A stretch of 63,705 nt of DNA, filler included, from Octopus bimaculoides (taxonomy: Eukaryota), in NCBI RefSeq assembly GCF_001194135.2. It is 6 parts of 6 records of this genome, joined end to end, with 100 filler letters (N's around TTAATTAATTAA, not from the genome) between each part and the next. Parts side by side here need not be neighbours in the genome. Positions count along the whole stretch, not along the records: positions 14,173 to 34,059 come from NC_068985.1; 5 more parts are not named here. One strand, written 5' to 3'. Shown here in pieces: positions 14,355 through 24,411 of this stretch (positions are counted from its first letter, which is position 1; every line of letters starts with the position of its first letter). Position numbers and translations under genes: made by a program. The notes under the pieces are model-generated. The model did not search any database and was not told the DNA's origin. It was given only the letters and a program-made list of their open reading frames with translations.

Positions 14355-16239
14355 GGTGTAGCAGCACTATAGTCAACTGCTACAAAGGTAAAGGTGAGGC
14401 TTGAGATAGAAATAATTACAGAGGTATCAAGTTGTTAGATCAGGTAATGAAAGTCACGGAGAGGGTCATAGCTCAAATACTTAGGGAGCGAGTCAGTTTA
14501 GATGAGATGCAGTTTGGGTTTGTGCCTTATCTAGTGGTCAATGAGGAAACTAGGGATAGAAGAATGGTTAGTGAGAACTGTGCGAGTCATGTACAGAGAC
14601 GCTGTCAGTAAGGTGAGGGTTGGCAATGAGTACAGTGAAGAATTCTGGGTAGAGGTAGGGGTCCACCAAGGTTCAGTCCTCAGCCCCTTCCTATTTATCA
14701 TAGTCCTCCAGGCAATATCAGAAGAATTCAAGACAAGATGCCCCTGGGAACTCCTCTATGCTGATGACCTTGCACTAATTGCTGAGCCACTATCAGAAGA
14801 AGAGGAGAAGTTTCAGGTGTGGAAGCAAGGAGTAGACTGGAAGGGCCTTTGAGTCAACCTAATAAGTAGGAAGGTAGAGAAAACACAAACCCCTTCAGGT
14901 AGATGGCCCTGCTCGATCTGTAGAAAAGGCGTACCCAGTGCAAGCTATGGACACACAAGATGTTCAGCAATATCAAATGAAGGTTAACTAGGAAGTTAGT
15001 TTTTGTATGTGGCAGATGTTCAGGAGCAATAAACACTGAAAATGTACAGAAAACAACTTCTGCCACACTCCAGAGAGAAATACTAGAAGTAGTTGATAGC
15101 TTCTGCTATCAAGGTGACCAAGTTAGTAGTGGGGGAGGGTGCACTGTAAGTGTAGCTGCTAGAATAAGAATAGCCTGGGCAAAGTTTAGAGAGCTCTTAC
15201 CTCTGCTGGTGACAAAGTCCCTCTCACTCAGAGTAAAAGTCAGACTGTATGACGCATGTGTACGAACCGCCATGCTACATGGCAGTGAAACATGGGCCGT
15301 GACTGCTGAGGACATGCGTAAGCTCACAAGGAATGAAGCCAGTATGCTCTGATGGATGTGTAATGTCAATGTGCATACTAGACAGAGTGTAAGTACCTTG
15401 AGAGAAAAGTTGAACCGAAGAAGCATCAGTTGTGGTGTGCAAGAGAGACAATTGCACCGGTATGGTCATTTTGTGAGAATGGATGAGGATAGCTGTGTGA
15501 AAAAGTGCCACAGCCTAGTACCCGTGGAAGAGGTAGGCCCAAGAAGACCTGGGATGAGGTAATGAAGCACGCCCTTCGAACATTGGGCCTCACCGAGGCA
15601 ATGACTAGTGACCGAAACCTTTGGAAATATACTGTGCGTGAGAAGACTCAGCAAGACAAGTGAGTCCATAACCCATGGTCTTTACCAGGGGTGTAGCCAG
15701 CCCACTTATGCGTACCTTTCCTTCTTTGGACAAAAAAAAACCCTGCTTGTAAAGACCTGTTGAGGCAAGTGAAATTGAAATCGAATTCAAGATCAAACCA
15801 AATTCGACGACTGGCACCCATGCCAACCTTCCTTCATTGGACACTAAACTCTGCTTGCGAAGACCTGTTGGAGCAAGTGAAATCCAAATTGAACCCAATT
15901 CGATGAATGGCACCCATGCCAGTGGAGCGCTAACAACACCATCCAAGTGGGATCACTGCCAGAGCAGCTGTGTGGCTTCTGTGTCGGTGGCACGTAAAAC
16001 GCACCATTTGAGCATGATCATTACCAGCGACGCCTTACTGGCACTTGTGCCGGTGGCACGTGAACAAAACATTCGAGCGAGGTCATTGCCAGTACCGCTG
16101 GACTGACTCTTGTGTAATAAACACTATTTGAGTGTGACTGTTGCCAGTTCAGCCAGACTGGCCCTCACGCCGGTGGCACGTAAAAGCATGCACTGCACTC
16201 TTGGAGTGGTTGGCGTTAGGACGAGCATCCAGCTGTAGA
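14355..16239 (+). mobile_element. RTE/RTEX-clade LINE, 5'-truncated pseudogene with 3' UTR
   Basis: Translates as IVNCYKGKG...NYRGIKLLDQVMKV...LDEMQFGFVP, then an internal deletion, MRKLGIEEW...GVHQGSVLSPFLF...ELLYADDLALIAE, a Cys-rich insert, RIRIAWAKFRELLPLL...LHGSETWAV and RPRKTWDEV-like; stop at 15661-15663; several frameshifts and stops; UTR runs to the gap. Confidence 0.9.
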
Positions 16240-17315
16240 NNNNNNNNNNNNNNNNNNNNNNNNNNNNNNNNNNNNNNNNNNNNNNNNNNNNNNNNNNNNN
16301 NNNNNNNNNNNNNNNNNNNNNNNNNNNNNNNNNNNNNNNNNNNNNNNNNNNNNNNNNNNNNNNNNNNNNNNNNNNNNNNNNNNNNNNNNNNNNNNNNNNN
16401 NNNNNNNNNNNNNNNNNNNNNNNNNNNNNNNNNNNNNNNNNNNNNNNNNNNNNNNNNNNNNNNNNNNNNNNNNNNNNNNNNNNNNNNNNNNNNNNNNNNN
16501 NNNNNNNNNNNNNNNNNNNNNNNNNNNNNNNNNNNNNNNNNNNNNNNNNNNNNNNNNNNNNNNNNNNNNNNNNNNNNNNNNNNNNNNNNNNNNNNNNNNN
16601 NNNNNNNNNNNNNNNNNNNNNNNNNNNNNNNNNNNNNNNNNNNNNNNNNNNNNNNNNNNNNNNNNNNNNNNNNNNNNNNNNNNNNNNNNNNNNNNNNNNN
16701 NNNNNNNNNNNNNNNNNNNNNNNNNNNNNNNNNNNNNNNNNNNNNNNNNNATATATATAAATGCATATGTCTATATGCCTATATATATATATGCATATAT
16801 TTAAAATTATAATTTAGGGTATCTAAGAAATACCACCACGCTGGAAATAGCAGTCAAAACTTGACTTTAAAACCACATTAAATGTTCATATAGCACCAGG
16901 AGAGAAGACAAAAATTCAAAATAAACTAGCAAAAATTGCTAGATTATTCCAGATCCCGGATTTCTGGCTCGGCATAAGAAATGATCTGCCTTCATAAGTG
17001 GAATATACTCAGAAAAGCACATAAATACAAATATATATGCATATATACAACATACGATATACTTACATATATGAACGTATACATACATATAGATATGCAA
17101 GTATGCACACGACCAGTTTAATTTGCCGGCCTAAAAACTCCTTGTGCGATATGGTCCGACATCGCAGTGAATAGAATAAAAAATTAATATATAAATTTAT
17201 ATAAATAAGGATAAGATCGATATTTAAATACCAAATTTATCAGGTGGCCAGCATGTGATACGTGCATATATATGTATACATTCGTATATGTAAGCATATT
17301 GTATGTTGTATATAT

Positions 17316-17718
17316 ATAAAGCAGTTGTATACTGTCAACTCAATGTGACAGTCACAATAAGGGAATCATACTGCTGCTATTTAGCCCTAGGAAGCGGGAC
17401 CGCTTCCTGTCGGCCTTGACACATTTCCTGTGTCCTTATATTTGTGAGGGGGAGACAAACACCCTACCCAGCTCAGTGTGCATTCAGGGACATGTTTCTG
17501 AGTCATTGCTCCTCATCAGCCTGAAGTAGCAACACTAGCTGGTTCAAAATGCATGTCAAACCCTCGCAAATATATATATTTTTAATGAAAAATATATAGG
17601 ACACAGGAATTGTGTCAAGGCCGACAGGAAGCGGTCCAGCTCCCTAGGGCTAAATAGCAGCAGTATGATTCCCTTATTGGTTCTGTCACATTGAGTTGAC
17701 AGTATACAACTGATTTAT
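17316..17718 (-). mobile_element. ORF-less fold-back element (~130-bp arms, ~95% identical) with a hammerhead in the loop; probable non-autonomous PLE derivative
   Basis: 17322-17450 is the reverse complement of 17561-17712 (6 mismatches in the first ~115 bp, plus an AT-rich insertion in the right arm). Confidence 0.8.
17483..17525 (-). ncRNA. Minimal type I hammerhead ribozyme motif
   Basis: Minus strand reads UUCAGG-CUGAUGA-GGAG-CAAUGA-CUC-A-GAAAC-AU-GUC-CCUGAA: 6-bp stem I, intact core, palindromic ACAUGU stem III, GUC site; G10.1 opposite A is a mismatch. Confidence 0.75.
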
Positions 17719-17774
17719 TGTAACACTGCTGCTTAATTCTCTCTGTGAGATTTATAATTAGATCATTTCTAATT

Positions 17775-17807
<33 letters not shown>

Positions 17808-18510
17808 NNNNNNNNNNNNNNNNNNNNNNNNNNNNNNNNNNNNNNNNNNNNNNNNNNNNNNNNNNNNNNNNNNNNNNNNNNNNNNNNNNNNNNNNNNNNN
17901 NNNNNNNNNNNNNNNNNNNNNNNNNNNNNNNNNNNNNNNNNNNNNNNNNNNNNNNNNNNNNNNNNNNNNNNNNNNNNNNNNNNNNNNNNNNNNNNNNNNN
18001 NNNNNNNNNNNNNNNNNNNNNNNNNNNNNNNNNNNNNNNNNNNNNNNNNNNNNNNNNNNNNNNNNNNNNNNNNNNNNNNNNNNNNNNNNNNNNNNNNNNN
18101 NNNNNNNNNNNNNNNNNNNNNNNNNNNNNNNNNNNNNNNNNNNNNNNNNNNNNNNNNNNNNNNNNNNNNNNNNNNNNNNNNNNNNNNNNNNNNNNNNNNN
18201 NNNNNNNNNNNNNNNNNNNNNNNNNNNNNNNNNNNNNNNNNNNNNNNNNNNNNNNNNNNNNNNNNNNNNNNNNNNNNNNNNNNNNNNNNNNNNNNNNNNN
18301 NNNNNNNNNNNNNNNNNNNNNNNNNNNNNNNNNNNNNNNNNNNNNNNNNNNNNNNNNNNNNNNNNNNNNNNNNNNNNNNNNNNNNNNNNNNNNNNNNNNN
18401 NNNNNNNNNNNNNNNNNNNNNNNNNNNNNNNNNNNNNNNNNNNNNNNNNNNNNNNNNNNNNNNNNNNNNNNNNNNNNNNNNNNNNNNNNNNNNNNNNNNN
18501 NNNNNNNNNN

Positions 18511-18941
18511 ATATTAATAATTATCGCCAAGCTAACATGGCGGTCCGAATTATAGGACGAATGCTGCCGTGGATTAGCTCCAAGAGGCCATCGCCTCTAG
18601 CTAGCTATGTGACACACGAATTTGTGTCCTTTATAACCTTCGAACAGGGGAGGTCAGCAGCTTCCCCTTACTGGTTTGGCATCTGCAGACTAGACTAGTT
18701 TCAGGGTGTTGCCCCTTGTCTTGGCGATAATTATTAATATCCAGTACCGCTGCCATAGTCTCCTTTAGAGAGACTTAGAAATATTAATATCTCTATTTCC
18801 GTAAACCAGTGGATGCATTCCACTGAAATTAGATAAATAACCTTCCTACAGATAGTCAGTAGCGACGCCTGCTGGGTTCGGCTGCTCTGCATTGACAAGG
18901 GGCAACACTCTGAAACTAGTCTAGTCTGAAACTAGTCTAGT
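18511..18941. repeat. Hairpin-rich element with interlocked inverted repeats
   Basis: 18511-18531 is the perfect reverse complement of 18720-18740; 18686-18720 is the reverse complement of 18894-18928 (34/35); tandem tgaaactagtctagt at the right end. Confidence 0.8.
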
Positions 18942-19303
18942 AGACTACGTTGGTCTGTTCTTGTCATTGTAGTGGGAGATCTGAATTTGTTACGGTAAAT
19001 GTTTAAATATTCTTTAAAGAAAAATGTACTTTGTTGTTACATGATGTTAAAAGAACTTTGTTAACTTTTGTTAACTGTGATGTTAACTGGCAGAAAAGAA
19101 AAGAAAGAACTTTGTTAACTCTTGTTAAATGGTTGAAAAGAAAAGAAAGAACTTTGTTGTTACATGTTGTTCATAGAAAAGAAAAACAAAGAAGTAAAAG
19201 AACTTTTTTAATTGACTCTCGATACACGAACTTTGATTGTAAACTTTATTGTAAACTTTGATTATGTTAAATGCTTGGAAACTGTTGTTACATGTGCTAT
19301 TGT

Positions 19304-19399
19304 TACATGTGCTTGGAAACGCTATTGTTACATGTTACATGTGCTTGGAAACGCTATTGTTACATGTTACATGTGCTTGGAAACGCTATTGTTACATGT
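19304..19399 (+). repeat. 32-bp tandem repeat x3
   Basis: tacatgtgcttggaaacgctattgttacatgt at 19304, 19336 and 19368. Confidence 0.9.
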
Positions 19400-19845
19400 T
19401 ATTTCAGAAGCAAGTACTATGTTATGAATTATTGTTATGCTCTGTTTTGTATTGTGATGTAAAGAAAAAAAAAGTTAGTTTCACTACGCAACGTATGGTC
19501 CGTGTTATTTCTTCCTTGCCTGTTGTCATCGTTACGTNNNNNNNNNNNNNNNNNNNNNNNNNNNNNNNNNNNNNNNNNNNNNNNNNNNNNNNNNNNNNNN
19601 NNNNNNNNNNNNNNNNNNNNNNNNNNNNNNNNNNNNNNNNNNNNNNNNNNNNNNNNNNNNNNNNNNNNNNNNNNNNNNNNNNNNNNNNNNNNNNNNNNNN
19701 NNNNNNNNNNNNNNNNNNNNNNNNNNNNNNNNNNNNNNNNNNNNNNNNNNNNNNNNNNNNNNNNNNNNNNNNNNNNNNNNNNNNNNNNNNNNNNNNNNNN
19801 NNNNNNNNNNNNNNNNNNNNNNNNNNNNNNNNNNNNNNNNNNNNA

Positions 19846-20697
19846 ATGGAAACACCTTGCATCATAACATCATAATTTTGAAATATCTATAAATCTGTCA
19901 AAACTTGTTTATTTTTATATTTTTTGATTTATTATTAGTGTTGCTTAATATGTTTTGCTAAAATTTCAGTTTCTTTTCAGATATCATCAGAAAAAGGTAA
20001 TTAAAATTCATTAAAATAACAGATCTATCGGACTTTCAGTTTGTGTTGGTGCTCATATGGCAGGCGCTAACGTAATGAAAACAGCCGAAATGTTTGGTGT
20101 ATCAGGAAGTACTGTCTCGAAAGTAATAACAGCCTCTGATAAAAGAGGGAAAAAACCTCCTCGTCAAAACAAAACTCTGGAAGAAAACCAAAACTTTCAG
20201 ATAAGGACTGTTGGACTTTTCCACAAATTGTTAGAAATGATCACAGAAGTACAGCACCCCAAAGTACTGCAGAGCTTAATGACCACCTCGAGACCCTAGT
20301 TTCCATAAAAACTATTTGCCAGGAACTGCACAAGGCTGGATTTCATGGGAGAGCTTCAATCAGAAAACCACTACTTTCAAAACAAACATTACAAAGCATT
20401 TAGAGTGGAGTAAAAACCTACAGAATTTGTCCCCAGAGCAGTGGAAGAATGTTATTTTCTTGGTCGAATCATCTTTTAACTCATTTCCGACCACTAACTG
20501 AGTATACGTGTGGAGACATCCAAAAGAATCATTTGACTCAGACTGCCTTCTTCCAATTGTTGAACATGGAGAGGAATCTGTAATGATCTGTTGGATATCT
20601 GCCGGCCCAATGGTTTCCCTTCATGACAGAATTAATAGTCAAGACAATTTAAGCATTTTATCTGTAATTACTGCCAATGGCTGTCCTACCCCATATT
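19846..20697 (+). pseudogene. Tc1-family transposase pseudogene, copy 1 (internally deleted), with upstream leader
   Basis: TDLSDFQ...AGANVMKTAEMFGVSGSTVSKV (paired-like HTH), RKPLLSK, QWKNVIFLVES, GCPTPY*; frameshifts; jumps from DNLSILS to VITANGCPTPY. Confidence 0.9.
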
Positions 20698-21710
20698 AAT
20701 TAAAATTCATTAAAATGACAGATCTATTGGACTTTCAAAGAAGTCAGATTGTTTTTGCTCATATGGCAGGCACTAGTGTAATGAAAACAGCTGAAATGTT
20801 TGGTCTAGCAGGAAGTACTGTGTCGGAAGTAATGATAGCCTCTGATAAAGAGGGAAAAAACCTCCTCGTCAAAACAAAACTCTGGAAAAAACCAAAACTC
20901 TGGAAAAAACCAAAACTCTGGAAAAAACCAAAACTTTCAGATAAGGACTGTTGGACTCTTACACGTATTGTTAGAAAGGATCACAAATGTACAGCACCCC
21001 AAATTACTGCAGAGCTTATTGACCACCTCGAGAACCTAGTTTCTACAAAAACTGTTTGTTGGGAACTGCACAAAGCTGGATTTCACGGGAAGGCTTCAAT
21101 CAGAAAACCACTACTTTCAAAAACAAATATTGCAAAGCATTTAGAGTGGAGTAAAAACCTACAGAATTTGTCCCTAGAGTAGCGGAAGAATGATATTTTC
21201 TCAGATGAGTCCTCTTTTACCTCATTTCCGACCACTAGCTGAGTATATGTGTGGAGATATCCAAAAGAATCATTTGACCCAGACTGCCTTCTTCCAGTTG
21301 TTGAACATGGAGAGGGATCTGTAATGATCTGGCGGGGCTATATCTTGGAAATCCACTGGCCCAATGGGTTCCTTTCATGGCAGAATTATCTGATCAAATT
21401 CATCCTATGGTTGAGAGAAACGCAAAGTTGTTACTGAATGGCACGAGGAACATTCTAGTGAAGTTGAACATTTTATCTGGTGACCACAGTCCCTAGATCT
21501 CAATATTATTGAACATTTATGGTGCATTTTAGAAAAACAAGTAAGGTGTCGATATCCTCTACCATCATCACTAAAAGAACTAGAGACTGTTTTACCTCAA
21601 GAATATACAAAAATTCCTTTGGAAACAATTCAAACTTTGTATGAGTCCAAACCTCATAGAATTCAAACTGTAATTACTGCCGAAGGCGGTCCTACCCCAT
21701 ATTAAAATAA
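20698..21710 (+). pseudogene. Tc1-family (DD34E) transposase pseudogene, copy 2
   Basis: ORF 20715-21182 MTDLLDFQRSQIV...; IFSDES (first D), W*PQSLDLNIIEHLW (E motif), GGPTPY*; the second-D region is deleted; an 18-bp unit is triplicated near 20876-20930. Confidence 0.92.
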
Positions 21711-21890
21711 ATACATATATATATGTGTACATATGTACTTATATATATATATGCAGATATATATTCATATATACATATGCATATTATATATATATGTGTG
21801 TGTGTGTGTACATACATACATATATATATGTATGTATATATGCATATATATATATGCATATTTATATGTATATATATGCATATATATATA

Positions 21891-24376
21891 GTAGAAGAAA
21901 AACACTGAGTACTCCATTTCTGCAATCATCAGCTGAGTGCCGTGCTTCGCCAAGATTTCAGCCCATTATGCTCAGTCTCTCCACACGGTGGGCCCGCAAC
22001 AGCTGGACGTATTGCGTTGCAACCGAACTCATGCCATTTCTGTGGTTTTATAAGCTTTCACAAACCTCCTGGTAATCCAAGCACTACTTTCAACTGCTTT
22101 CTCCCCACATTCCTTTATGATCCTCTTCACAGCAGATACACCAGCCACCTTCAGAAACCTGAAAGAAGCTGCTGGGAAACCCCTGCAGCCAACCTCGAAT
22201 GCAACTAGCTCACAGATGTAATCCTTCTCCTGAATCTCAGCTACCAGCTCTTCATAGCCCAACAGCTTCCACTTATGGGCCTCAGCAATGCTCTCCTCCC
22301 ATGGCACAGTCAGCTGTCCAAGGACCACACGTCTCTGACCCTCATCTACCAAAACTTGGTCGGGCCGGAGTGCTGACACAACGATGCTTTAAGGCAATGG
22401 CTTGTCCACGAACACCTCTCATTTTCTGTCTTTGACCTACCGAGGTTTCTGTCTCTTTGGCCTCATACCATGCTTCACAAATGCTGTCTTGCGCCAGTTC
22501 AGTTCGGGCACTTAACCCTCTCTTGCAGCTGAAGCAACAACGTTTAGCACTAAATTATGTCTAAATGTATACCATCCAGACTGGAGTGCTTTTGGGTAAG
22601 CTGACAGCATGTGTTTGAGGCTGCCATACTTTCCACACAAGTTGCACTGTGGACTCTCTTGGATACCCTATTTTTTTAGATTTGCTGGAGACGGATGCAC
22701 ATCATACGCAGTCTGGATTTGAGCTTTAAAATGCCCTGCACTCAACCGCCACCAATCAGACCACTTCAACTCCAGATTTTCCACATCATCCCAATTCAGC
22801 CACCGACCCTGCTGTGCTTGTTGCACTGTGTGACCCAGATGTCTCTCATCTTCCAGCTGCCATGTTGTTTACGTAGCTTCCGCCTTTCTTGTTTACTTGA
22901 CTCAGACCAAAACTGCTCTCTCTTGACAAGACCCACACCATCCCTGCTGTCTATAATCACTCCACGCACTTCAGTATGCTGGGCCATCTCATCAAGCTGC
23001 TGCATCGCCTCAGTGACCTTCCACTTCCTACCAATTTTAAAATTTGGTGAATTGTCCTGGATCACAGTGTCCCTTGACTCAGACAGCATCGATGGCAGAT
23101 GCACCTTGTACTCCTCCACTAGTGACGTCAGAGGAAACTGGAGCATACCCTGGTTGCCATAAAGGGCAACAGATGAAAAGTACTTTGAAAGGCCAAGCCA
23201 CTTCCTTACCATCTTATTGATCTTCCGTTCAATTGTCTCAATCCTCGTTAGAGAAACTTCATACACAGTTATGGGCCACAACAGTCTTGGGAGCAACCCA
23301 AAATGTATGCACCACACCTTGAACTTCCCTAGCAAACTTGCTTGATCAATGCTCTTTAGACCTGTCTCTGCCTGCTTCTGCAGTTCAACACCACGTTGTC
23401 TATCTGTGAGGGGAAAACTGTACCATCTTCCCAGATTTTTGACACTTTGCTCACAAATAGTTGGTATTTGCTCTCAACCGATGCTGTAAACCAAATTTAT
23501 GAGCGATCCACCCTTCAGTGAAAGGTTTAAAGGCCATCCGACTCCAGCTGATCAGTTCAGACAATCTATTCAACACATCTCTTGCAACGTTGATATTCTC
23601 CTGCACAATAGTGAGATCATCCATGAATGCCCTCAGTTTTACTTCTCCTTGGTTAAACCTGTGCTCAGGCTTTAAGCCCATCAGTATCATCTCTATGATA
23701 ATCACAAAAAGCATTGGGGAGATGGCACAACCCATTGCAATCCCCTTTTGTAGACTAATGTATTCAGTGGTGTACTTTGCAGTAGAGAACCGAAACATGA
23801 ACTGGTCAAAGTATATGGATAGAACGCTTCAGAGTTTCTGGGGCACATAGAAGAAATCCAGGGCTACCTGTATCATGTTATGAGGCACAGAACCATATGC
23901 ATTTGCTAGGTCCAGCCATTCAACATGCAGCTCCTTACGAAATGCTTTCTTCTCTTTGATTTTAGCCCAAATCATTGAGACATGCTCAAGGCATCCTGAG
24001 AACCTTGGGACACCTGCTTTCTGTATACTCGTGTCCACAAAGCCATTGGGAAGCAAGTAAGCAGTGAACCACTTTGCAAAAACAGTGAAGACTTTTCCCT
24101 CAACATTCAGTAAAGAGAAAGGGCGAAACTGACAAAGTGTCACTGAGTCTTCCTCTTTGGGTATATAAATCCCATCAACCTTACACCAACGCTCAGGAAC
24201 TTCACCATACCCCCATATCTTAACCAGCAATCGCCACAAACACCTCAGTAACTTTGGATAATTCCTGTACACTGCATATGTCATCCCATTAGGGCCACCA
24301 GCAGAGTCAGCCCTTGCTTTGTGTACCACTTCCTGAACTTCCTTGAATTTGACCATGGAAGTATCAAATCCTGCAC
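21891..24376 (-). mobile_element. HERO-like non-LTR retrotransposon (R2 superfamily: RT + CCHC + restriction-like endonuclease), 5'-truncated pseudogene
   Basis: ORF pieces WLDLANAYGSVPH, GIAMGCAISPMLF, LRAFMDDLTI, KFKVWCIHFGLLPRLLWPITVYEV...RKWLGL, CNLCGK...KHMLSAY...RHNLVL, LRPDQVLVD...LTVPWEE...K...FEVGCRGF. Confidence 0.88.
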
Positions 24377-24411
24377 ATATTATTTACAGATATATATATG
24401 TGTGTGTGTGT

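Noticed and set aside
18511-18941. DIRS-type ITR/ICR architecture
   Set aside because: The central block order is rc(right end) then rc(left end), the opposite of a DIRS ICR on either strand, and no tyrosine recombinase or RT is nearby.
19304-19399. 32-bp repeats (and the 29-bp repeats at 62309) resembling CRISPR repeat lengths
   Set aside because: They are directly tandem with no unique spacers, no cas genes, and a eukaryotic context.
18968-19490. Possible solo LTR tgtagtg...cactacg
   Set aside because: It ends in CG rather than CA, has no matching TSD, and the interior is AT-rich internal repeats.
21903-21940. CTGATGA...GAAA in the HERO 3' UTR as a hammerhead
   Set aside because: Only UUGCA lies between core and GAAA (no stem II), stem III does not pair, and stem I has a mismatch.
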